Of a DNA stretch of 64,000 nucleotides, positions 10,151-19,731 are shown piece after piece. Positions within the stretch are counted from its first letter, which is position 1, and each line of letters begins with the position of its first letter. The DNA comes from an uncultured Candidatus Binatia bacterium (GTDB lineage: Bacteria > Desulfobacterota > Binatia > UBA9968 > CAXXLF01). Below the pieces are notes generated by a model. It made no database searches, was not told the DNA's origin, and saw only the letters and a list, made by a program, of their open reading frames with translations. Position numbers and translations under genes: made by a program. Location: contig OZ244621.1 of NCBI GenBank assembly GCA_965218425.1, positions 2,944,001 through 3,008,000 of the forward strand, written 5' to 3'.

Positions 10151-11649
10151 GCGTTGGCGCGCTCCAATTTGGCCCTTTGCCGACGTTCCTCAAACACTGG
10201 ATACAACAAAGTCCCCACGATCAACGCCATGATGAGGAGGAACCAAGGACGGTAGAGCCACGTGAGCCCGTATAGGTTCAGAGTAATGAAAAAACGGTTT
10301 TCTAAGATGGGTCCTAGAACGAAGCCCAGAATGAACGGCGGTCGTGGCCACCCCCAGAGTTTCATGAAGAAGCCGGCCACGCTGAAAAACATCAAAGTGT
10401 AAAGATCGCCTGCAGCTCCATTCCAACTAAAAGCAGCAAGAAAGATGACCGGAATGATGGAGGCAATGACCCAAGCATAGGGTAGGAAAACCACCCTGAC
10501 CAGGAAATTGGTGGCGGCCAGGCAAAGGCCTGTGCCAACGATGTTGGCTATGGCGAGGCTCCAGATGATGGTGAAGGTCAGGTCCAGATGGGTGGTCATC
10601 ATATCCCGTCCCGGCGTAATACCCAGAGAAATCAGGACGGACAGCAGCAATACCATGGACAGACTCCCGGGAATTCCAAAGGCTATGGTGGGGATCAGTG
10701 ACCCCCCGTCCTTGGAGTTGTTGGCGCTCTCGGGAGCGATGACGCCACGCACATCACCTTTGCCGAAGTTCTCCCGGTCCGGGCATGTCTGAAGCGCGTG
10801 TCCATAGGCAAGCCAGTCCACTACGCTGGAGCCCAGTCCGGGAATAAATCCAACCAGGATTCCCAGGGACGAACAGCGGAACACCAGGGTCCAGTTCTTC
10901 AGGACGTCGATGGCGCCCTGAAGTTGGTTGCGTAGCAGATTGGTGGGAGGTGGAAGGCGTGAAATGCTAGTTCTACCGATGGCGAGTGACATCAGCTCGG
11001 GTATGCCGAAAAGCCCAAGGGCAAGTAGGCCAGTGGGTATGCCCTCGATCAAATACATTTGACTAAAGGTGTAACGTTCGATTCCGATGGTCATCTCTAT
11101 ACCCACGGTGGCGAGCATCATGCCCAGCACCCCCATGGTGATGCCTCTAAGTGGGGTGTTGCCGCTCAAGACCGACACCATGGTGATGCCCCAGAGCCCC
11201 AGTGCGAAGAACTCCGGAGATTGTAAGAGCAGAACCAGGGGACGCAGAATTTGCAGGCCCAAAGCTAGAACCAGGGCTCCAATCACCCCGCCGATGGCGG
11301 AGGCGGTGTAGGCCGCTCCCAACGCGCGTGCGGCTTCACCCTTTTTAGCCATGGCATGGCCGTCGAGGATTGTCGCCTGGGAGCCGGCGGTACCTGGGAC
11401 GCCCAGGAGAACGGAGGATACCGTGTCGCTGGTGGTGGTTACGGCGAATAAGCCGATGATGAGCGCAAAGGCAGCTTCTGCTCCGAGGTTGAGCAGAAGC
11501 GGGAAAAGAATGATAAAGGCGGTGATGCCCCCTATGCCTGGGATCGCCCCAAAGATAAGGCCCACCACCACCCCGATCAAAAGGAAACCGAAGGTAGGCC
11601 AGCTCAGGACCGCAAGGAAGCCAGAAAGGGAAGCCTCAAAAACCGACAT
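10147..11649 (-). CDS. tctA: Tripartite tricarboxylate transporter permease TctA
   Basis: GAIPGIG, VPGTAGSQATILDG, APESANNSKDGGSLIPTIAFGIPGS family signatures. Confidence 0.9.
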   Translation of the reverse strand: MSVFEASLSGFLAVLSWPTFGFLLIGVVVGLIFGAIPGIGGITAFIILFPLLLNLGAEAAFALIIGLFAVTTTSDTVSSVLLGVPGTAGSQATILDGHAMAKKGEAARALGAAYTASAIGGVIGALVLALGLQILRPLVLLLQSPEFFALGLWGITMVSVLSGNTPLRGITMGVLGMMLATVGIEMTIGIERYTFSQMYLIEGIPTGLLALGLFGIPELMSLAIGRTSISRLPPPTNLLRNQLQGAIDVLKNWTLVFRCSSLGILVGFIPGLGSSVVDWLAYGHALQTCPDRENFGKGDVRGVIAPESANNSKDGGSLIPTIAFGIPGSLSMVLLLSVLISLGITPGRDMMTTHLDLTFTIIWSLAIANIVGTGLCLAATNFLVRVVFLPYAWVIASIIPVIFLAAFSWNGAAGDLYTLMFFSVAGFFMKLWGWPRPPFILGFVLGPILENRFFITLNLYGLTWLYRPWFLLIMALIVGTLLYPVFEERRQRAKLERANA

Positions 11650-11766
11650 CTCGGATCCACTCTTCCCCGACCTGACGGCCGGTTCCCCGTAAATTTCTTC
11701 CGGATATGCCGACCTGATTCATTTCACGAAACTGCAGGTAAAAGGTGTGTCACTCGGCTTAAGCTT

Positions 11767-12786
11767 TTAGCTTCGCCCACCCTTGAGCAACTTCTTCAGT
11801 TGGTCTTTATCCTTTTGGGGCATCCCCAGGAATTCCGTGACGATCCGATGAGCCTTTTCAGGTGCAAGATATTCGATTAGAAATTGTTGTTTTCTTGCTT
11901 TCTTCACTAGCCCGGGGTCCTCTAGGGCTTTTTTTAGCGAGACCCGCAAAAAATCCAGTCTGTCCCTGGGCACACCCGGAGGGGCCAAAAGAGACCAGCC
12001 TACTCGCCCTATATCAATCCATACATTAAAGGGTGCGGGGATGTCTTTAATAACCTCGTTTAGAGTGGGTACATCTGGTACCGCGGGATGGCGGTTTTGC
12101 CCAACAGTGAGGAGGGGTACGACAATGCCGTCTTTTATGGCCGACACATATGAGGACGCGGGAAAAAGCGTCACGTCGACTTCCCCGCTCAGTATGGCCT
12201 GCCGCACGGCGGAGCTCCCTGAGTACCCTGAGACGAACTGCAAGTTGAGATCCATGATTTTCTTTAGTGCGACACCGTTGAAATGAACGTTACCTCCGGG
12301 CCGAGTTAAACCATAACGAATATTATCGGCACGCTTTAGATCCTGTATGGATTTGAACCGCTTCTTATAAGCCATGAGGGTGAGATTGGTGGGGCTCACC
12401 ACACCGACAAAGGATAACTCGGTAAATTTGAAGCGTATATTTGGCTGACCGCTGACGATATTAAGGGACTGTGTAGAGCCGAGATGAAAGGCCAGTCTCA
12501 ACCCGTCTCGTTTGGCCTTGTTATATAAGTAATTGAAGGCAAAGGTTCCGCCGCCTCCCGGCCGATTCTGAAGCACGATCTTGGCGCCCATATGCTTCGC
12601 CAGGAAGGGCCCCACCAGCCGTGAAAGCCGATCAGTGGAACCTCCGGGTGTGGCTCCGATCATCCAAATGATGGTCTTACCATTGTAAAAAGCTTTGGCC
12701 TTGGACATGTCCGCCCCCTGGCTAAGGCCGGTTTGGGCGAAAAATACAAAAACCCAAGTAACGATAATAAAAGACAGTCGATTCAT
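11767..12786 (-). CDS. tctC: TctC/Bug-family substrate-binding protein
   Basis: Signal peptide, PGGSTD..R, NRPGGGG, YSGSS, PDVPTLNE. Confidence 0.88.
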   Translation of the reverse strand: MNRLSFIIVTWVFVFFAQTGLSQGADMSKAKAFYNGKTIIWMIGATPGGSTDRLSRLVGPFLAKHMGAKIVLQNRPGGGGTFAFNYLYNKAKRDGLRLAFHLGSTQSLNIVSGQPNIRFKFTELSFVGVVSPTNLTLMAYKKRFKSIQDLKRADNIRYGLTRPGGNVHFNGVALKKIMDLNLQFVSGYSGSSAVRQAILSGEVDVTLFPASSYVSAIKDGIVVPLLTVGQNRHPAVPDVPTLNEVIKDIPAPFNVWIDIGRVGWSLLAPPGVPRDRLDFLRVSLKKALEDPGLVKKARKQQFLIEYLAPEKAHRIVTEFLGMPQKDKDQLKKLLKGGRS

Positions 12787-12951
12787 GGTCTCTTCCTCCT
12801 AGATCGATTCAGCGCCTCTCGGAACTGTAGCGGCTACCCCTAGCAAAGTGCTCCGTGTAATGTCAAGGCTTTAAGGAGTTTGGGGGCATACTTAATTTGA
12901 TAGGCTCTGATGAGTATTGCGTGGTCGGTCTGTAAGTGTTAAGGGCAATTT

Positions 12952-14238
12952 TTAACCGGTAGAGGTGTGAGGTTTGGGGGATGCCAGATCTCTTTGATGC
13001 CAGGCCATACTAAGCTGGAGGGACAGGTACGAAATTACGAAGGAAATGAGACCCACGACAAACGCCCATCTGTAAGACCCCGTGAGGTCGTAGACATAGC
13101 CGCCAAACCAGGCTCCCAAGGCCATTCCTAGGCCGAAACTGATCTCGAGAAAGCCGTAAATGGTTCCAATCTTGTTCCCTGCGAAGATATCCGCAATGGT
13201 GGCGGCGGAGACGGGGTTCCCGGCGCTGTGGCCGATGCCAAAGAGAATAGCGAAGGCATAGGCGAACCAATGGGGAGTACCGGGGCTGACCGCCAGCAGG
13301 AAGGCAAGACCCAATGCGCTGATAACAGTTGAAATGCCATAGGCCTGGGTTCGGCCAAGACGATCCGAAACGTATCCCCATATCATTGTGCCACCGAAAC
13401 GCATCAAGCCAATCATGCCAAAGATGGAAGCGCTGACGATTTTTTCGAATCCCTGGTGCACCAGGTATGCCACCGCGTGGGTGGAAAACATGGCCACGCC
13501 CGTGCCCAGCGCTAGGTGACTTAATGTAATGGTCCAAAATGGAAAGGAGCCGGTCGCCGATCCCATGGTCCATTGGCGTCGACCCTGAAGGTTTCGTGAG
13601 AGTCCATGGGTGTGCGGGTTCGGCGGTTGTGCGGCGCCGTCCGGAAACTGGCCCATCTCATGAGGGCTTCGACGCTGAAAGTAGGCATTGGCGGGTACCA
13701 CGGTAATCAAGCCCAGGCCCGCCATAACCATAAACGCGGCGCGCCAACCGAATTGGGTGATGAGGAGTTGGGCCAACGGAACGAGGATCAGCGCGCCGAG
13801 ACCCATTCCCATGGTGGCAATACCCACCGCCGTTCCGCGCCGACGTACAAACCAGTGGGAGATCAGCGCGCTTTGACTGACAAAACCCAGCCCCGCTTGA
13901 CCCACTCCAGCCAGGAGCCCATAGGAAAAGTATAGCTGCCAAATTGAATGGCTTAGGCTCGAAAGGAGGAGACCGATGCCGATAAGACCACCTCCAACGG
14001 GCATGAGAATCCGTGGACCGAAGCGGTCGAAGGACCAACCGGTGAGTGGGGAAGCAATGGCATAGACCACAGCGTTGACCGAAGCGATGCTGGCCGCAGT
14101 GGCATAGGACCAATGGAATTCATCGATCAACGCAAGGTAGAAAACACTGAAGGATCCGATCACTCCGCGTAGAAAAACCATGTTCACAAAGCAGAGGGTG
14201 AGGATCACGTAGCCGTAAAAGAAGCGTGAGGGCATCAT
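12952..14238 (-). CDS. MFS transporter (OFA/MCT-like)
   Basis: About 12 TM segments, motif A GWSFDRFGPR and GYVSDRLGR, WFVRRRGTA. Confidence 0.88.
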   Translation of the reverse strand: MMPSRFFYGYVILTLCFVNMVFLRGVIGSFSVFYLALIDEFHWSYATAASIASVNAVVYAIASPLTGWSFDRFGPRILMPVGGGLIGIGLLLSSLSHSIWQLYFSYGLLAGVGQAGLGFVSQSALISHWFVRRRGTAVGIATMGMGLGALILVPLAQLLITQFGWRAAFMVMAGLGLITVVPANAYFQRRSPHEMGQFPDGAAQPPNPHTHGLSRNLQGRRQWTMGSATGSFPFWTITLSHLALGTGVAMFSTHAVAYLVHQGFEKIVSASIFGMIGLMRFGGTMIWGYVSDRLGRTQAYGISTVISALGLAFLLAVSPGTPHWFAYAFAILFGIGHSAGNPVSAATIADIFAGNKIGTIYGFLEISFGLGMALGAWFGGYVYDLTGSYRWAFVVGLISFVISYLSLQLSMAWHQRDLASPKPHTSTG

Positions 14239-14351
14239 TCCAAACTTTTACACAGGTATGCGGGGGAATCAAAATTACCGTTTGGAGTCAGATGAAGAAT
14301 AGTGGGAATGGAAAATCCGCCCAAGCGGAGGATGGGAAGAGTTGAATCCGA

Positions 14352-14873
14352 TTATTGAATAGGCTGAACCGCGAGGATTTTGACTTCAAAGGTCAAGGTC
14401 TTCCCCGCCAGTGGGTGGTTCAAGTTGAGAACTACCGTTTCGTCTTTGATTTCATGCACCCGCACTGGCATGGATCGCCCCCGGGGACTTCTCGCCACCA
14501 TCTGGGCACCCACCTTTAGCAGTTCCGCCGGAATGTTTTTGCGGGGCACCTCTTGAAATGCCTCAGGATTCATCTTGCCGTAAGCGTCATCGGGCTTGAC
14601 CTCAATGGTTTTTTCGTCACCCACTTTCATTCCATTGAGTCCATTTTCCAGCCCCGGGATGATATCGCCCTTGCCGTGAGTGTACTTGAAGGGATTACCG
14701 CCCTTATTGGATTCGATCTGTTTTCCCTTCTCATCAAGTAGGGTGTATTCGATACTGACCTGAGCCCCGTCCTTAATTTTATCCTTTTTCGCTTGGGCAC
14801 CTACTGTAGAAATGGCAAAATAAGGTGTCAACAACGCCATAATTAAAACGTAAAAGAATGTTGATCCTTTCAT
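14352..14873 (-). CDS. FKBP-type peptidyl-prolyl isomerase (SlyD/SlpA-like) with N-terminal signal peptide
   Basis: VSIEYTL, IIPGLENGL, PDDAYG, IF domain, NLNHPLAGKTLTFEV; hydrophobic N-terminus ending AQA. Confidence 0.85.
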   Translation of the reverse strand: MKGSTFFYVLIMALLTPYFAISTVGAQAKKDKIKDGAQVSIEYTLLDEKGKQIESNKGGNPFKYTHGKGDIIPGLENGLNGMKVGDEKTIEVKPDDAYGKMNPEAFQEVPRKNIPAELLKVGAQMVARSPRGRSMPVRVHEIKDETVVLNLNHPLAGKTLTFEVKILAVQPIQ

Positions 14874-14895
14874 GGTCACCCTCCGATAAATAAAA

Positions 14896-14936
14896 AGAGG
14901 CCGCAGAAACCCGAAAACGGAATTCCCGCGGCCTCT
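14896..14936 (-). terminator. Long hairpin with U-rich tail directly upstream of the FKBP RBS
   Basis: AGAGGCCGC...GCGGCCTCT inverted repeat followed on the minus strand by TTTTATTT. Confidence 0.6.
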
Positions 14937-15145
14937 CGATAAGGTTTAATTTAATGCCCGATTTGTAACAAGCATGCACCTTCTCCCCCCATAACCACAA
15001 TCATCTGCAGGTGGCGGTCTGACTCGCGTCCAATGCCAATCTTGACCATCTCAGTGGAGCCATTGCCGCGGTATTGAGCGATTTGACATCTACAGTAACC
15101 CCATGGGACATTTAAAGATCGAAGTATTATCCATAACAGGGCTCT

Positions 15146-15500
15146 ATGATCACCTTTCAAGACATCGTGGCGGCACGCGAACACATTCGTAAAACCATCT
15201 CCTGTCACCTTGTGCCTATTCCGAAACCATCAGTCGGATGACTGCCAGCAGCGTCTTCTTCAAGTTGGAAAACCTGCAGATGACAGGTTCATTCAAAGAG
15301 AGGGGTGCTCTCAATCGTCTTGCGGCTCTGTCCCAGGAGGAGAAAAACAGGGGCGAATATTCTTGATATCAGTCATGCAAGGAGTTGGGCTTGGCGAAAC
15401 CGAAGTTGAACTGACTCTAGAGACAACAGGCTGAGACCAAATCCATCAAATCACTCAGACCCTTGGGAAGGACGGCTTTCGAACCAGCCGACCACACTAG
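15146..15500 (+). pseudogene. ilvA: Threonine ammonia-lyase (IlvA/TdcB type with ACT domain) remnant with large internal deletion
   Basis: MITFQDIVAAREHI, frameshift, FKLENLQMTGSFKERGALN (PLP-lysine motif) joined directly to ACT-domain GANILDISHAR...LGETEVELTLETTG*DQI...GF. Confidence 0.85.
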
Positions 15501-15551
15501 AATCAATTGGCATTTTGCCAGGATTCAAAATCCAAATTTGAAGGGTAGACA

Positions 15552-16343
15552 ATGAAAAGGATAAAGCGCTTGACCCTGGTGTTTCTTTGCTCAGTCATAA
15601 TGGCGTGGGGTTGTGGTGGCGATAAAAAGGAGCCTCCTCCCCAAAAGAGTTCGGCGCCTTCGGCAACTCCATCGGTAGAGCGGTCAGAGGGATACCAGAC
15701 CGTCAACGTGGCCGACGGAGGGACCATTTCCGGCAAGGTGATGTTCACGGAGGATTGGAAGCCCGTGGTGATGCCGGTGGCCAAGGACCAACAGGTCTGC
15801 GGGAAGACTCAGCAGGATCCTTCCTTGGTTCTTGGTGGTCAGGGAGGGGTACGCAATGCCTTGGTACAAATCACCGATATCCGAAAGGGAAAGGGTTTAG
15901 GAGGATTGCGGCCGGTGTTGGATCAAAAGGCTTGCAGATTCAGGCCCCATGTGTTGGTTGTCCCTGCTGGGACCGCCGTGGAAATTTTGAACAGTGACGG
16001 GATCCTGCACAACGTTCACTCCTTTAGCAAGAAGAACGCCCCTTTTAACAAGGCGCAGCCGAAATTTCGGAAAAAAATAACCCACGCCTTTACAGATGCA
16101 GAGATCGTCCCCATTAAGTGTGATGTCCATAGCTGGATGAGCGGTTGGATCGTGGTGTCGGAGCATCCCTATTACGAGGTAACCTCAGAGGGAGGTGAAT
16201 ATGAACTGGCGGACGTTCCTCCAGGCAAGTACACCGTGGAGATTTGGCACGAGAGACTTGGAAAGCAAACGAAGAGCGTCTCTGTGGAGCCCGGCGGCAA
16301 TGTGAAACTCGATTTCGAGCTCTCTCAATTGAAAAGTTCATGA
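15552..16343 (+). CDS. Lipoprotein with cupredoxin-like and carboxypeptidase-regulatory-like domains
   Basis: Lipobox AWGC; DQKACRFRPHV, NSDGILHNVH, KCDVHSWM, VPPGKYTVEIWHE. Confidence 0.75.
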   Translation: MKRIKRLTLVFLCSVIMAWGCGGDKKEPPPQKSSAPSATPSVERSEGYQTVNVADGGTISGKVMFTEDWKPVVMPVAKDQQVCGKTQQDPSLVLGGQGGVRNALVQITDIRKGKGLGGLRPVLDQKACRFRPHVLVVPAGTAVEILNSDGILHNVHSFSKKNAPFNKAQPKFRKKITHAFTDAEIVPIKCDVHSWMSGWIVVSEHPYYEVTSEGGEYELADVPPGKYTVEIWHERLGKQTKSVSVEPGGNVKLDFELSQLKSS

Positions 16344-16350
16344 GTTAAAT

Positions 16351-16857
16351 GTGGATGTTCTAGCGCACGGGCTATGGGGTGGGGCGGGATTTTTGAGCCG
16401 CGGTGGAAAAGCGTTTGCCGCCGCCTTTGTCCTGGGGTTGGCTCCGGATCTCCTCTCCTTCGGTCTGTTTCACCTGACCCATCCCCAATGGATCAGTCAA
16501 CGGATCCTGGGAGAAGTTTCTGGGCCGCCTCCTATTGCGATCCTTCCAGAATTTGTTTTTTATGCCTACAATCTAACTCATAGCCTAGTGCTGTGGTCTG
16601 TCCTCTTTGCACTAATCTGGATCTATCGACGACGTCCACCGTGGGTTTTCCTGGCATGGGGAATACACATCCTATGCGATATCCCCACTCATAGTTCCGT
16701 GTATTTCCCAACTCCGTTCCTATGGCCCTTACCTACCCCCTTTGTCCAGGGATTTTCCTGGGCCACACGGTGGTTCATGGCAACGAATTACGCAGCGCTT
16801 CTTTTGGTCTACGTAACCTTGCTGGTATATCGCCACAGAGTGATTGCCAGGGGGTGA
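16351..16857 (+). CDS. Membrane-bound metal-dependent hydrolase (YdjM-like)
   Basis: MD.LAHGL, APDL, THSL, HILCD motifs with TM segments. Confidence 0.7.
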   Translation: MDVLAHGLWGGAGFLSRGGKAFAAAFVLGLAPDLLSFGLFHLTHPQWISQRILGEVSGPPPIAILPEFVFYAYNLTHSLVLWSVLFALIWIYRRRPPWVFLAWGIHILCDIPTHSSVYFPTPFLWPLPTPFVQGFSWATRWFMATNYAALLLVYVTLLVYRHRVIARG

Positions 16858-17022
16858 CCCCGAACCTTGGTTCTCCTCGGTGAACGAGTCTTCAGGTCGT
16901 GAGCGACAGGTTGGTGGATATCCGAAGCTGCACGTTCGATGCCCATGCCCTTCATCCTCATTCCCTTCGTCGCACAGCGGTTTCGGGGCGCAGGGGGCCT
17001 GGGACGAAGAAGGGGGGATATC
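16858..17022. repeat. Dispersed repeat family, copy A (~160 bp)
   Basis: Aligns almost without gaps to the reverse complement of 58871-59037; core GAAGCT.C.CGTTCGATGCCCA.GCCCTTCATCCT. Confidence 0.85.
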
Positions 17023-17094
17023 TTAATGCGCGGTGAAAGCGAGATGTTGCCTTTGAGGGTATGATAAATTTCGCGGGTTAAAAAATGGTTCTGA

Positions 17095-18490
17095 TTAGGA
17101 TGCTTTGGAAGGCCTGATCTCGCGTTGAAAAGCAGACATGAGAAGGGCCAGGGTGGCAATGAGTAGCACAACGTAGAAGGTCTCATGAAAGGCGCTCAAA
17201 AAAGACGAACTAGCGAAGTCCTAGCCAAGCCTGGAACCGTGGCTACCTTCGAGATGAAACGCGAGGCGGGGATTGAAAAAGCTTCCAAGGAGGGCAACGC
17301 CGAATATGTCTCCCGGGTGCCTCATGGTGGCGTAAATTCCACCTGAGATCCCCAGCCGGTCCATGGAGATGGAGCTCAAGACTGCAGTTAGGTTCGGTGA
17401 TCGATAGAGGGCGCGGGCTGTACCGAGAACAACCAAGCGGACGACAATGCCCAGGGTGGAGGAGTTCTCGTCCAGGGATGTCATAGAATACAGGCCGGCA
17501 CACAAGAGAAACATGAAGACCCCCGATGGCCATTTTGCGCCGAAACGATCCGTCAATACCCCGCCCGCCATTCCCCCGAAAACCATCGATATGGCTAGCG
17601 GTAAAAGGAGAAGCCCCACCGCTTCAGCCGAAACCTGAAGAGCTTGCACGAGATAAAGGGCATCAAGAACAAGACACTGAACATGATCATGTTGCTTAAA
17701 AGATTTCCTGCCTGGGCAACGGCGAAGACCTGATTGCCGAAAAGGCTCAAATCGAGCATGGGGTTGGCCGCGCGCCTTTCGATCATCACGAAGGCGAGGG
17801 CGAGCAGTGCGCAGAGAAACAACAGAACCACCACGCTTGGTGAAGACCATCCCATCTCTTTGGCTCTGTGGGTGGCTAGCATAAGGGAGGCTATGGATAC
17901 AAAAAACAAGACCGATCCAGGAACGTCGATGTGGACTGTTTTAGAAGCCACAGATCTGCCTTTAATACCGTAACTAGTGAAGAGTCCGAAGATGCCAACG
18001 GGGACATTGAAGAGGAAGACGGCCCTCCAGCCGTACAGGCCGCCCAGCATGGGGCCCAGGGAGAGGGAGGTTCCGACGACGATGGCCTGCAGGCCAATGG
18101 CCCTCCCTCTTTGTTGCGGCGGAAAGGATGAGGTGACGATGCCCGGGCCATTGGAAATGATCATGGCGGCTCCCATGGCTTGCAAAACCCTGAAGCCGAT
18201 CAGCCATGCTACGGACTGAACGAGGCCGCAAATGAGTGAGAAGAAAGTAAAGACCACAAATCCCACGGTGTGTAGTCTCAATTGGCCCAGCAGATCCCCC
18301 AGCCTGCCGAAGTTGATAGGGTGCTGGAGGTGGTCAGAAGGTACCCAAGGACGACCCACTGGGCGCTTCGAATGTCGGTTTGGAAGCCATCGGTAATGTA
18401 GAGGAGGGCTACGTTGGTGATGGTGAGACCGCTGGTGGTTAGGAACACGCCCGCGGACACAATGGAGAATACAAGCCACCGTCGAACCAT
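17095..18490 (-). pseudogene. DHA2 (EmrB/QacA) MFS drug transporter pseudogene
   Basis: Homology spread over three frames (ITNVAL..WVVLGYLL / GRLGDLLG..RVLQAMG..GPMLGG..WRAVFLFNVPVG / GVLTDRFG); in-frame TAG at 17221 before the last TM helix (SAFHETFYVVLLIA). Confidence 0.85.
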
Positions 18491-18584
18491 GAAGCTCCCT
18501 TCGGAATCGCCGAGTTAGAATATCCTACCCGAAGCGGTTGCGTTAGGTAGCAACCCACACCGTCTATGCGCTGCAATGAGGGTA

Positions 18585-19619
18585 TCAGGGGGAGGAGGAT
18601 TTTTTGAGCAGGAGAAGAGAGAACCACTCGTTGGGATCGGTGAAGTGCTCAGCCGTCGCAAAGTCGAAGAATTGCAGATGCTTTTGAAGTTCCAAGGGGT
18701 CAAATTTTCGGCTGATCTCCACCAGAATCTTCTCCTCTTTTTCCCACAGGAATGATGTCCCGTGAGAAGGAAACTTTATCTCTTGATCCTGGGTGGAGAC
18801 TGAGCACATTTCCACACGTTGCCGCTCCAGGTTGTAGCGCGAGTGGAAGCGCATCTTGTTGAGAGCGAAGTTGCTCTGGAGAAGCCGGTTGATGTTCTCA
18901 AATACGTTGAGGATAAATTCCGCAGTTACACCCTGGGAATCGTTGTAGGCCCTCTGGATGACATCCACATCCTTGACCCGATCCACCCCGAGGAGCAAGT
19001 AGTCTCGAGGTCCCATGGAATCGGAGAGCTGTTGAAAGAATCGAATAAATTGAGGCTGGGTGAAGTTCCCTATGGTACTACCCAAAATTATAAATAGAGT
19101 CGGCAGGCTCTTTTCAATGCTCTCCATTCCCCCTTCAAATTGAGCCTGTAATCCATGAAAGACCAGTTCCGGAAACTGTTCACGGATCACCTCTCTGGAT
19201 ACCACCAATCCCGTGGGACTGACATCCAGGGGGGCGAAGATTCCGCCTTGCCTTTGTCGGGCCTGTTCCTTCAACAGGTGCAGGGTCTTCTTAGAAAAAC
19301 CCGCTCCCAACTCGACGATACACTCCACCGGTGCCAGGGCGATGATTCGCTCGGCTTCCTTTTCCAGCATGGAGTTCTCGGTTCGAGTAGGATAGTACTC
19401 GGGAAGCTCGCAGATCTGTTCAAACAGTTGGGAGCCCTTTTCATCGTAAAGGTTGTGGGCCTCCAACCAGCGGGGTTGGTCAAACAGGGTTCTCAGGATC
19501 GAAATGGAGGGGTCTTTAGCTACATGGTTCCCGTCCAAGCTCCATATGGATGGCTCCAGGAGATGCCAGAGATGACGTTGAGCTGGGGCAAAAATGTTTG
19601 GCAACGTTTGTGATTCCAT
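18585..19619 (-). CDS. egtD: L-histidine N-alpha-methyltransferase (EgtD / Methyltransf_33)
   Basis: LYDEKGSQLFEQICELPEYYPTRTE, VELGAG, GSTIGNF, AYNDSQGVTAEF, EISRKF. Confidence 0.85.
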   Translation of the reverse strand: MESQTLPNIFAPAQRHLWHLLEPSIWSLDGNHVAKDPSISILRTLFDQPRWLEAHNLYDEKGSQLFEQICELPEYYPTRTENSMLEKEAERIIALAPVECIVELGAGFSKKTLHLLKEQARQRQGGIFAPLDVSPTGLVVSREVIREQFPELVFHGLQAQFEGGMESIEKSLPTLFIILGSTIGNFTQPQFIRFFQQLSDSMGPRDYLLLGVDRVKDVDVIQRAYNDSQGVTAEFILNVFENINRLLQSNFALNKMRFHSRYNLERQRVEMCSVSTQDQEIKFPSHGTSFLWEKEEKILVEISRKFDPLELQKHLQFFDFATAEHFTDPNEWFSLLLLKKSSSP

Positions 19620-19731
19620 AGATTATCCGATGGTGCGAGCAGAGCTCGTGGGATGATGGAGTAGAATCAGCAGTTGGGTAACCTTAGAGTGGATTGGCCC
19701 ATTATTCAAGGGTAAAATTAATCGTGAGAAT

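Noticed and set aside
14890..14946. CTTATCGAGAG on the minus strand resembles the 5' end of a SAM-I riboswitch
   Set aside because: The following SAM-I elements (GAGGGA, GCAACC, GGTGC, closing GATAAG) are missing; the sequence goes straight into a simple hairpin
15432..15434. In-frame TGA in the ilvA remnant as a possible Sec codon
   Set aside because: Not a conserved Cys position, no SECIS-like hairpin seen, and the gene is already broken
17221..17223. In-frame TAG in the DHA2 transporter as possible pyrrolysine or read-through
   Set aside because: The gene also has frameshifts; plain nonsense decay explains it
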